Source: Octopus sinensis
Lineage: Eukaryota
Assembly (NCBI RefSeq): GCF_006345805.1
Contig: NC_043001.1
Span: 109,182,001 to 109,246,000 of the forward strand
Direction of reading: 5' to 3'
Length of the DNA stretch: 64,000 bases
Positions 14,831-25,629 of this stretch are shown here, piece after piece; positions within the stretch are counted from its first letter, which is position 1; each line of letters begins with the position of its first letter. Below the pieces are notes generated by a model. It saw nothing but the letters and a program-made list of their open reading frames with translations. It ran no database searches and was not told the DNA's origin. The position numbers were made by a program, and so were the translations under genes.

Positions 14831-15896
14831 TGTGGAAGAGACATATTGATGTTTGATGCAAGCGGCTATTCTCTTCACATAAATTCTTAGTCACGTGCCC
14901 CTGCAAAAACTCAGCGCTATCAGAAAGAATTCCTGCTGTCACTGTCGCTACGGAATGCTTCATTTCATTTTGTCTTCTCCCTTCGCATTGTGTGATCCAA
15001 TGAAATCGATATATTGAAATCGATATATTGTCTACACGCCTTCCATGAAGGGAGTATCTTTATCGCTTTATTGTTGTTAGCTTTTCAACTGAAGTACTGT
15101 TTTATAGCTTCTCCTGGCAAAGAAATATTTGCTTTCTGAAGCATACCTAAGAATTGTTAATGTAATAACAAAGACACGAGCCTAATATCATATATCTTTC
15201 TTATTTAACGTTGGAGTCATTATTTCTAATTTTACGACAGAAAAAGATCCATATTTCTGTATAATTGCAGAGATAGTTCGTGTGGAGTCGTTGTTAGCGA
15301 GAGGAAAAGGAGCGTAAGTAATTACCAATTAGTCGTATTTACCAAGTAACTAGCGGGATCGATACTGATATGAACTTGTCGAAAATTGCACTATACTGTG
15401 CTCATGTGTTCTAAATTCACAGCGAGACTAATTTCATGTGTGAGTGACTGATTTTGTATCCATTTGATAAATAGCCAATGCTGTCATTTGGTAGAATCAT
15501 GAACTGCATTCGCCATACGAAAGAGCTAGTTGAAGAAAATACAGCCAAACTCTCTTCAAACTACAAACAAATCTTAAATGACAACAAAGATTTTTACTCA
15601 AATTATTTTAGAACCGACAGAATGGGTATTACGATAAAAAGCTTCGTTGCTAGGTCCGGTCAATGTGGGCAAGCTGGAGGCTAAGGTCCACAGCATTGAT
15701 ATTATTCTAAGCCACGACATTAAGGTAAAAAGCGAAAGAAGTATTGTGGTTATCTAATTAATGACTACAACAAATAGCAATTACAACCTTGATAAAATGG
15801 AAAAAAAATTGAAAACTTTACAAAATAACATGGAAAACGGACACGTTAAACGATGATGGTGTACCAAAATATTTGAACCCAATATTAAGATTTGGT

Positions 15897-16246
15897 ATAC
15901 TCTTTTACTTGTTTCAGTCATTTGACTGTGGCCATGCTGGAGAACCGCCTTTAGTCGAGCAAATCGACCCCAGGACTTATTCTTTGTAAGCTTAATACTT
16001 ATTCTATCGATCTCTTTTTGCCGAACAGCTAAACGCACCAGCATCAGTTGTCTAGCGATATTGGGGGAAAGGGGCAAAAACTGACACACAAACATATACA
16101 CACACACACACATACATATATGTATACTTTGGTTGGCTCGAGGCAATAGTAGAAGACACTCGCCCAAGGTGCCACGCAGTGGGACTGAACCCGGAGCCAT
16201 GTGGTTCGTAAGCAAGCTACATACAAAACAGCCACTCCTACGCCTA
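15897..16246 (-). mobile_element. SINE, family A
   Basis: Reverse complement of head and tail. Confidence 0.75.
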
Positions 16247-16430
16247 TGAAATTTTGAGAATTTCATGATTTTGAAAGTACAGTCGAATATAATTCGTCGA
16301 CAGTATATATTATAATTCGTCGACACTTCATCAACAGTTACGCATTTACAACTTCGGTTCATATCTCAGTTTCTGTTGAATACTGTATCTACGACTGGCA
16401 TTCGTGTTTTATCATCCTATGCTACACATT

Positions 16431-16794
16431 TGTGGAGGCGCAATGGCCCATGGTTAGGGCAGCGGACTCAAGGTCGTAGGATCGCAGTTTCGATTCCCAG
16501 ACCGGGCATTGTGAGTGTTTATTGAGCGAAAACACCCTGCAGGGGGTGGTGGTGAACCCTGCTGTACTCTTTCACCACAACTTTCTCTCACTCTTTCTTC
16601 CTGTTTCTGTTGTTCCTGTATTTCAAAGGGCCAGCCTTGTCACACTCTGTGTCACGCTGAATCTCCTCGAGAACTACGTTAAGGGTACACGTGTCTGTGG
16701 AGTGCTCAGCCACTTGCACGTTAATTCCACGAGCAAGCTGTTCCGTTGATCGTATCAGCTAGGACCCTCATCGTCGTAACCGACGGAGTGCTCC
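16431..16794 (+). mobile_element. tRNA-derived SINE, family C (GTGGAGGCGCAATGGCC head)
   Basis: Close match along its length to 22762-23148. Confidence 0.8.
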
Positions 16795-18186
16795 TACTAC
16801 TACTACACATTGAACTGTTTCTGTTTCAGCTTACACAAATGTTTCGTATTTGTCACTAAAAATAGTTTTTGCTTTAATGATCTGATGTAAAGCAGTTACA
16901 TTTTAAGGAATATATTTTCAATAACCAGATTCTGAAATCTAATCCTAGTGTCCATTCTGGTATCAATAATCTAAAGGTGGGTAAATCGGCAAAACCAATC
17001 TGCAGATTTCTTTACAGAGGCAATTCGGCCCACGCACTAGAGCGTGAGATATGCGCACTCCCAGTCAAGCAAAATAATGCGCTGAGTTGGAAGAGTTAAT
17101 GTTTTATTTGAAATATTGTTAGATGGTTTTCTGGGTTACTCATTAAATTGCGAAAATATGGCGGTATTTCTCTTCGACCAGGCAATATTCTTTACCTGTA
17201 TGACGGCAGTTATTGAATTTAGCTATTTCAGATTGCTAAAAACAATGTTTGGTTCATTTACAAAATTGGCAAAAAAGTTGATAGGCACACATGAACGACG
17301 CTGTTGATTTTCTTCTCAAAAGGTAATCTTGTCGAATCTTTTACTTTGAACTCTAACTTGTCTTCTTCCAATTTCAATAGTATTTGTATTCTGTTTATAC
17401 GCTTCCTTCACCGCCTTCACTAAATTACAGTTTTTGAGTTATTCGTCTTCTTTCTCGATTCTTTTGTTCCTTTTCGTGATTTCTTTCATCTTGTTTCAAT
17501 TATACTTATTTTTCTTTTGCCTCGAGCGTTACATCTGTATACTCTTCTGTTTCATTTAGTATTATAACAACTTTCCTCAGCTCACAGCGAGTATTGATTT
17601 TATTCAATAATATTCATCTTCTTTCTGCAGTTCGAAGTCATGCAGAGGTTTTAACCGGGGAGCTATTCGTCGTTTTCACTTTTAAACTTTTAACAAAAAT
17701 TCATGTTGTGCATTTAGGAGAAGTAATTTACTGGGATCCGTGTTTGGGTTACTTATCATCAAGACATTACGAGTCAATCTCTAAAGTCTTTCATCCAAAT
17801 CTTACTTGTGCGTTAAAAATTAACACTTCTGACACAGGATTTAATTGAAGACATCCGACTATGCATACTTCTGTTAAATGTATGTATGTATGTATGTATG
17901 TATATATGTATGTATGTATTTATGTATGTATGTATGTATGTATGTATGTGTGTATGTATGTATGTATGTATGTATGTGTGTATGTATGTGTGATTATTTA
18001 CGAATATTCTATAATTATAAACATAATTATAATCAGAGGTCAGCTAATTGCTTCACCACGCACCATTTAGAAATAGGAGTTAAATACTTTTCTACCAGTA
18101 TAAAGATTCTCCCAGACAATAATACGCTTTTTACGTAGGCAAAAAGAAATTGATTAATTAATTTTACCCTTTGATTATTACTGAAA

Positions 18187-18261
<75 letters not shown>

Positions 18262-18274
18262 CCTCCCCCCCACT

Positions 18275-19018
18275 TATGAAGGGAGGAAACTGACAAGAGC
18301 TTGGGTGTGTGGGCTGCCACCCGGTAGAGAGCCCGAATGGATAGAAGACACTATCCGTCGGGGTCTGAGTGGCAGCACTGCCAGTCTCTTGAATGTCGGA
18401 ATTCTCCCTGTGGCTGATTGAATGGGGGGTCAAAAAGAATTTTGATCCTATGGACCCAATCAGCCAATGATCTGGTTTTGCCAGGTTTTTTAACAATGGC
18501 CGGTTCCAGCTACCCAGTGATCCTTGAGAGATGCCCCCCACCCAAATGTCACCTGTGCCTGGAATTGGGCCATATAAAGAGAAACTATCTCCGGGACCAA
18601 GCAAAGGTCCTGGAGCAGTTAATAGAAGAGCCCTCTGCTCCCCCATTGGAGGGAGAGAGGGAGAGAGTCGAGGGGTGGCAACCCCCTCGAAAAAGAAAGG
18701 AAAAAAAGAAAGAAGGTGGGCGACAATGGTTGCCAACCTATGGATCCTGAGGCGGCGGGAGGGAAGGAAGAACTTCCTGACATGAAGGAGGAACTCCACC
18801 CTCCCGTCGTAAAGGAGAAGAGAAAGAGGAGAAAGAAAAAGAATGGGACATCACCGGCGGTTGATGGTGAACTGTCGGCATGCCCGGAAACTTTGTCGGT
18901 GGGAAGTGTACCACCGACAGAGGAAATTGAGGCCCCTCCCAGAAGGAGGAAAGATGATTTTGTCATCTTCTTCCAGAAGAGTGGAGCAATGCAGATTTCT
19001 TCAAGGAATACCAGATAA
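18275..19018 (+). pseudogene. LINE ORF1 (L1/Tx1-like) fragment with RRM-like segment and zinc knuckle
   Basis: GRKLTRAWVCGLPP..., then CHLCLELGHIKRNY (Cx2Cx4Hx4C with the last C changed to Y, 18547-18588), then a Lys/Arg-rich region; GC-rich relative to flanks; interrupted by a stop and frameshifts. Confidence 0.55.
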
Positions 19019-19055
19019 TACTCACTCAACGAGAACTCACTACTTGAATGGACCC

Positions 19056-19158
19056 GAGGCTATAGTAGAAGACACTTGCCCAAGGAGTCAAGCAGTGGGA
19101 CTTAACCCGGAACCATGTGGTTCGTAAGCAAGCTACTTACCACACAGCCACTCCTATG
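19056..19158 (-). mobile_element. SINE family A head fragment
   Basis: Reverse complement of the tRNA-like head. Confidence 0.7.
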
Positions 19159-19402
19159 CTTATATATATATATTAAAACTGGAATTGAAATAATAAATTT
19201 ATGAAAATATTAAAGACTCACCTGTACATCGACTGAAGTAATTTGATATATAATTTACGCAAAGCAGAATTAATTATTGAATTGATGGTGTATCTTAATT
19301 CACCTGCCGGGAAGATAGGGAGACAGTAAGGCCCAAATTGATATCAGGTAAACTGAAAGTAAAGTTAATAACTTTGTCTCTGAATTAGACACTTACTTAC
19401 AT

Positions 19403-19404
<2 letters not shown>

Positions 19405-19489
<85 letters not shown>

Positions 19490-19625
19490 GTCTGTCTGTG
19501 TGTGTGTTTGTCTGTCTGGCTGTCAGTCTGTCTGTCTGTCTGTCTGTCTGACTGTCTGTCTGCCTATCTGTTTGTTTGTCTCTCTGTCTGTTTATATGAT
19601 ATTTCACACACACACACACACGGAC
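19405..19625. repeat. (CTAT)n/(GTCT)n/(CA)n compound microsatellite
   Basis: Direct reading. Confidence 0.9.
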
Positions 19626-19925
19626 GTATACATACACACGCTCACATATGCAGACACACAGACACACGCACACACATGCTCACGCACACACGCTCTGCCT
19701 ATTTGTCTTCGTATCAAAACGCTGGCCTCTTCCTTTCCAATATATATTTATATTTATCTAGCCAATAAATCAACAATACTTTATTATTTATTTAGAACGC
19801 AATCTATCGTATTTATGTAATTGTAAAAGCATGTATAACTGCCAACTTGCATGTGTGCCTATATAAATATATGCAGAAATTCATGCAGGTATATAAGTAC
19901 ATATCTAAACTTGTATTGCTGTGTA

Positions 19926-20092
19926 TAGGCGCAGGCTTGGCTGTGTGGTAAGAAGCTTGCTTCTCAACCACATGGTTCCGTATTCAGTCCCACAGCATGG
20001 CACCTCGGGCATGTGTCTCCTGCTATAGCTTCGAGCTGATGAAAGGCTTGTGAGTAGATTTGGTAAACGGAAACTGAAATAAGCCCGTTGTA
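19926..20092 (+). mobile_element. SINE family A, 5' half
   Basis: GGCGCAGGCTTGGCTGTGTGGTAAG...GGAAACTGAAATAAGCCCG. Confidence 0.75.
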
Positions 20093-20135
<43 letters not shown>

Positions 20136-20152
20136 ATAAAAATGGTAAGACA

Positions 20153-20189
<37 letters not shown>

Positions 20190-20260
20190 ATCTTTCTATG
20201 TATCTCCTTCACACACTCTCTATTTCTCTCTCTATATATATGTATATACGTATGTATGCA

Positions 20261-20355
<95 letters not shown>

Positions 20356-21712
20356 CGCCACTAAAGTGAACAAGGGCGCTAATCAGCACCAGTATTGCTA
20401 GAAATAAGAGTCAAAACAATTCAACAGCCAACAGAAGCACTATCTTAATGAGCTGACAAGGGAGACAATCTCCCAGTCGTCGTATGTAGAGCTTGTTCCT
20501 CCTTGTCATCTCATTAAAATGGTGAGTTGGATATCTGCGATTAATTTGGCTGTCAAAACTTAATCACCTTTCCATTATTTACTCTCACCGAGTATTTTTC
20601 AGCCGATTTTTAATCCTTGTCGTTTGAAGTTACAATCTCGCAGAGTGTAATGAACTTGCCATTTATCTGAGTTGTCAGGAGAACCGTTAGAAATGAAATT
20701 CATTTTTTCAATCAGCGCATATATTTTCCGAAAGCGATCGATCAATCGATTGCGAAGAGCACAAGCTCATGCACGGGGCATGCATGCTTTCCTTCGGCTA
20801 ACGAGACAGCAACGGAGACCGAGCTTCCATAAAGTGCCTGCGAGCGGGTGGGTAGACGAGGTCGCCGGAAGGCGAGGACGGGCGAAGTGATGACGATGTC
20901 GTCGAGACAGATGCGAGGATTCCAAGCGTGCGAAAGAGCGAACGAACCAGATGCTGTCGGTGATGTGTACAGAAGTGACAGACGGGTACGCACCCGATGC
21001 AAAATATGAATTTACTTTTCACATTTCTCTTCGTTCTATTTTCTACCAGGTATTATATATTTTATAACCTCTTTTATGCCTTTACTCTTTTACTTATGTA
21101 TCTGTTGTGTGTTATCGGAAAACCACAAATGATAGTTATTCGTGTAAATTTAAGAGGATAAAACATCCTCCGTTCACGAACACATCACATAAGTTTCAGC
21201 TATGTTAAATCACTGGCAACTTCAACCTCTCTGCCATTCGGCTTTTTAAGATGACTAACTGTCATTATAGAAAGATTTAGCTGTTATTTCTAATAGGCAA
21301 GCATCCGTGTAGTGGCCATATTTAATTGCTCGATTTCTCTTTCGCAGTGTATAGCATCTGCTTACCTGCTTATACAAAATACTATTTGTTTAGCAAAGAA
21401 TTGTCCAACTATATAATAATGTATGAAACAGTATCTAATTATTGTCTAAAATTTCCATGTCTAGACTAGTTATAAAATGATGGATTAGCTATTTTCAGCT
21501 GTTTCACTGTATTTCGGTATGTTAATGAATTAACTGATAGTATTTGAAAGATAGAATTTAATTAAATACAACTTTCTAGAAAATTTTCGATGTAACTGTC
21601 ACTTTTTTGAAATTTAGTACATTACACGCAATATTAAAGTTTATTACTGAGTAAGATGAGATAATGGAAGCCCGTATACTATACGAACTATATTGTAATA
21701 ATTTATAGTAAA

Positions 21713-21926
21713 AATAATCTATTTTAATAATTTATTATTAATAATCTATTTTAATAATTTATTATTAATAATCTATTTTAATAATTTATTATTAATAATC
21801 TATTTTAATAATTTATTATTAATAATCTATTTTAATAATTCATTATTAATAATCTATTTTAATAATTTATTATTAATATTCTATTTTAATAATTTATTAT
21901 TAATAATCTATTTTAATAATTTATTA
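21713..21926. repeat. 27 bp AT-rich minisatellite, ~8 copies (AATAATCTATTTTAATAATTTATTATT)
   Basis: Unit starts at 21713, 21740, 21767 ... 21902. Confidence 0.9.
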
Positions 21927-22199
21927 GTTTGCATATTACTATCCTTCATCTAGTATCGTTGTTTTGTTTAGTTACAAGGTCAGACTTGGTGGTATAGATC
22001 CACCATCTAATGCCTACATCATGTGTGCTTTTTTCAGTCATGATATATACATAGACATGCAGGAAGTAAATAGACACCTTTAATTTTCAAAATTTCTGAT
22101 CTAAGCGTCTTGAAATGTTGTCAGCAGTGTAGAATTTACAATGTAATTATTCATTTTCATTCCAGGTGCCAGTATATTAAACATTTGCGAAGAGCAACA

Positions 22200-22358
22200 A
22201 TGCTACGCACAAAGAATTCAGTAGAACTGTCAGATTTTCAAAGAGGTCGTATTGTTGGGTAATCTGAGGCTGGTCTTAGCCAGCGAAAAATTGCCGACAA
22301 TCTTGAAATTCCTCTTGCTACTGTTACTAGAAGGCTTCTGGCATTGCAAAACAGCTAG
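22200..22358 (+). pseudogene. Tc1-like transposase N-terminal HTH fragment
   Basis: [43 protein letters not shown] resembles the Tc1 ELSDFERGRIVG motif; in-frame TAA at 22260-62. Confidence 0.7.
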
Positions 22359-22524
22359 AAGTTAGTCCAAGTACGTGTGTTACGTAACTGCATAAGCTTG
22401 GGTATTATGGACGAGCAGCTAGAAGAAAATCTCTCCTTCAACCAATTAATATCAAATAAAAGATTTTGAAAATTCAAGGTGTCTATTTCCTTCTTGCATG
22501 TCTGTGCATATATATATTCGCCTT

Positions 22525-22728
22525 GTTGATTCGCTAGCTTCTGCACGCATTTTTTTTTCTCTTCTTGTTTCTCTCCGTGTTTCTTTTCTGTGACTCTTTC
22601 TGATGAAGAGCGTAGGCTCGAAACGTAAAATACTTGTGTTATTTATATTCCTGAGCGCCATACTAATACAATTGTTTGTTTGTATTCCACCTGCCTTCGT
22701 CTTTTGTTTATTTTCATAAAGCTTCCCG

Positions 22729-22730
<2 letters not shown>
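22525..22730 (+). mobile_element. Penelope-like pseudo-LTR remnant (family 1)
   Basis: Shares GAAGAGCGTAGGCTCGAAACGT and flanks with copies at ~4822, ~7795, ~56395 and ~56915. Minimal hammerheads are a known hallmark of Penelope pLTRs. Confidence 0.6.
22597..22630 (+). ncRNA. Minimal type I hammerhead motif in a Penelope-like terminal repeat (family 1)
   Basis: UUU-CUGAUGA-A-GAGC GUAG GCUC-GAAAC GUA/AAA: canonical core, one extra A before a 4-bp helix II, palindromic ACGU helix III, only 3 bp of helix I. Confidence 0.6.
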
Positions 22731-22761
<31 letters not shown>

Positions 22762-23148
22762 TGTGGAGGCGCAATGGCCCAGTGGTTAGGGCAGCGGACT
22801 CGCGGTCATAGGATCGCGGTTTCGATTCCCAGACCGGGCTTTGTGAGTGTTTATTGAGCGAAAACACCTAAAAGCTCCACGAGGCTCCGGCAGGGGATGG
22901 TGGTGATCCCTGCTGTACTCTTTCACCACAGCTTTCTCTCACTCTTACTTCCTGTTTCTGTTGTACCTGTATTTCAAAGGGCCGGCCTTGTCACTCTCTG
23001 TGTCACGCTGAATATCCCCGAGAACTACGTTAAGGGTACACGTGTCTGTGGAGTGTTCAGCCACTTACACGTTAATTTCACGAGCAGGCTGTTCCGTTGA
23101 TTCGGATCAACCGGAACCTTCATCGTCGTAACCGACGGAGTGCTTCCA
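22762..23148 (+). mobile_element. tRNA-derived SINE, family C
   Basis: A-box TGGCCCAGTGG, B-box-like GTTTCGATTCC; close match to the 16431 copy. Confidence 0.8.
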
Positions 23149-23696
23149 TATATGATTATATTATTGTATGCATAGGTTATAAAACTGTAGTGTAATATAC
23201 GACGAGGATTTCATTGTTCATTTCTAGCAATTCTAGAGACTAGATGGTGGTTATCTGGTTGACTGTATGGTGTCGTCGTAGTTTTGCCATACTTATTTCC
23301 CATTTGGTGGACTAACTGAAATTATTTTATCTAATTCATCTTTAGATATTATTCTCATGATACCTATTACTTAGTTGCACACTTCCATTATGTTCTACGA
23401 TTTTTTTCAAATGGTGTAATGTTTTCATTAATCAATTAATGGAGTTACTTGAAACGGCCGTAGGGAATCGACACCCGTGCATCTTTGTTAGTCATTTATA
23501 TTTTATTCACCTAACAAGGAATCTGCCATTCGGAAATACTCTAGAAAGTACCTTCATAAAAAGTACAGATCAGAATTACCAAGAACGGATATATTCATTT
23601 AGCTGGGATGCGTTGTCTGCACACACTACAAGAATATCAGGTACAAGCACCCCTACATAAAGCCTTGATATTCAATATTCAATTAATATTCAATAT

Positions 23697-23823
23697 TTAC
23701 ATTATTTACATCTGACGGATAATTGTCCACATCTTGTTTGTTGTTAACACAATGTTTCGGCTGATATCCAACAAATGTAAATAATGTAAATAATGTTCAT
23801 AATTCCTCATCTCTTAAATATAG
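23697..23823. mobile_element. Penelope-like pLTR family 2 fragments in inverted arrangement
   Basis: TTTGTTGTTAACACAATGTTTCGGCTGATA matches the 46240 copy; CATAATTCCTCATCTCTTAAATATAG matches the reverse complement of ~46204-46229. Confidence 0.55.
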
Positions 23824-24048
23824 GATCAGTTAATGTAGTTTGGGAGTACAGATTATACCAATCTAGTAAGGCAATTAATATACTTGAATTAGTATGCTGA
23901 TGTGTTGAGTAAAGCACTAGCACAGTTTGGGCTACCTGGTGTAATCGGCACTCGGAGTATATTTCTTTTGGCTCTACTCCAGGAATTCTGAAGTGTTAGT
24001 TGATGTAATAATAAGTAAACAGAAGATGGAATTGCAATAACTCTTTAT

Positions 24049-24153
24049 TTTCTTACTGATGAATCTAAGGGCCTATGGTAGATTGGCTTGATTTAATTTA
24101 ATCAGGTTAGTTTACCATTAAACAGTAGATGAAACGGTGCATCGTATAAGAAA
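24049..24153 (+). ncRNA. Type I hammerhead ribozyme, unit 1 (predicted cleavage after A24146)
   Basis: Helix I UUUCUUA (24049-55)/UAAGAAA (24147-53); core CUGAUGA (24056-62); helix II base AUCUA (24063-67)/UAGAU (24126-30) enclosing a 19-bp hairpin; GAAA (24131-34); helix III ACGG/UCGU with UGCA loop; GUA triplet (24144-46). Confidence 0.9.
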
Positions 24154-24539
24154 TTACAGGGTAAATGTTTTTTTAATTTTCTCCTGGTTTACGGAATTGA
24201 TGTTATTTTGCGGTTGAAGCTTTTGGCTGTTATTTCTAGTGGGTGAATGGCCTATTATGGCCGTTCTTTGATTGTGATGTTGAACTTAAAAATGGTCTAT
24301 GACTATTTAATTTTTCTCCCACTAGGCCGCTGGTGGCAAAAAAATTCTACAAAATTTTTTGCCACCCTATATTGATTAATTATGAATTTTCTGGTTAATT
24401 CCGTAATGGAATCGGCGGCTTATATTTATTTGCTGCCGATAAATTTGGCGCGTGTGCGATGATTTGAAAATTTTAGGTCAGATATTGCCGAGGCAGGGAC
24501 GGGAATGCCTCGTGAAAAATATCTGTTCCGACTTGGCTA

Positions 24540-24644
24540 TTTCTTACTGATGAATCTAAGGGCCTATGGTAGATTGGCTTGATTTAATTTAATCAGGTTA
24601 GTTTACCATTAAACAGTAGATGAAACGGTGCATCGTATAAGAAA
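24540..24644 (+). ncRNA. Type I hammerhead ribozyme, unit 2 (cleavage after A24637)
   Basis: Same motif as unit 1; helix I extends to 8 bp (AUUUCUUA/UAAGAAAU). Confidence 0.9.
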
Positions 24645-25031
24645 TTACAGGGTAAATGTTTTTTTAATTTTCTCCTGGTTTACGGAATTGATGTTATTTT
24701 GCGGTTGAAGCTTTTGGCTGTTATTTCTAGTGGGTGAATGGCCTATTATGGCCGTTCCTTGATTGTGATGTTGAACTTAAAAATGGTCTATGAATATTTA
24801 ATTTTTTCCCACTAGGCCGCTGGTGGCAAAAAAAAATTCTACAAAATTTTTTGCCACCCTATATTGATTAATTATGAATTTTCTGGTTAATTCCGTAATG
24901 GAATCGGCGGCTTATATTTATTTGCTGCCGATAAATTTGGCGCGAGTGCGATGATTTGAAAATTTTAGGTCAGATATTGCCGAGGCAGGGACGGGAATGC
25001 CTCGTGAAAAATATCTGTTCCGACTTGGCTA

Positions 25032-25136
25032 TTTCTTACTGATGAATCTAAGGGCCTATGGTAGATTGGCTTGATTTAATTTAATCAGGTTAGTTTACCA
25101 TTAAACAGTAGATGAAACGGTGCATCGTATAAGAAA
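25032..25136 (+). ncRNA. Type I hammerhead ribozyme, unit 3
   Basis: Core and helices intact. Confidence 0.9.
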
Positions 25137-25524
25137 TTACAGGGTAAATGTTTTTTAATTTTCTCCTGGTTTACGGAATTGATGTTATTTTGCGGTTGAA
25201 GCTTTTGGCTGTTATTTCTAGTGGGTGAATGGCCTATTATGGCCGTTCCTTGATTGTGATGTTGAACTTAAAAATGGTCTATGACTATTTAATTTTTTCC
25301 CACTAGGCCGCTGGTGGCAAAAAAATTCTACAAAATTTTTTGCCACCCTATATTGATTAATTATGAATTTTCTGGTTAATTCCGTAATGGAATCGGCGGC
25401 TTATATTTATTTGCTGCCGATAAATTTGGCGCGAGTGCGATGATTTGAAAATTTTAGGTCAGATATTGCCGAGCAGGGACGGGACGGGAATGCCTCGTGA
25501 AAAATATCTGTTCCGACTTGGCTA

Positions 25525-25629
25525 TTTCTTACTGATGAATCTAAGGGCCTATGGTAGATTGGCTTGATTTAATTTAATCAGGTTAGTTTACCATTAAACA
25601 GTAGATGAAACGGTGCATCGTATAAGAAA
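25525..25629 (+). ncRNA. Type I hammerhead ribozyme, unit 4
   Basis: Core and helices intact. Confidence 0.9.

Noticed and set aside
16431-16510. tRNA genes at SINE heads (also 9965, 19926, 22762, 45303, 60709)
   Set aside because: A/B boxes are present but there is no complete cloverleaf, and each continues into SINE body sequence.
17330-17850. Purine-rich, coding-like minus-strand stretch
   Set aside because: Multiple stops in all frames and no recognisable motif.
20887-20908. GTGATGA...GAGAC hammerhead or C-box-like string
   Set aside because: Two core mismatches, no helix I, and no convincing D-box or terminal stem.
20720-21002. rRNA, U3, RNase P or 7SL gene
   Set aside because: None of the conserved signature sequences I know are present on either strand.
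21276-21292. 16/17 match (TTTAGCTGTTATTTCTA) to the array unit at 24222-24238
   Set aside because: Short and AT-rich; a rough estimate puts such a match within chance for this search space. A genome-wide alignment could revive it as a link to a dispersed repeat.
20750-22197. TTGCGAAGAGCA shared between the GC island and the Tc1 leader, suggesting a spliced, domesticated Tc1
   Set aside because: A 12 bp match is weak evidence, and the Tc1 frame has a premature stop at codon 21.
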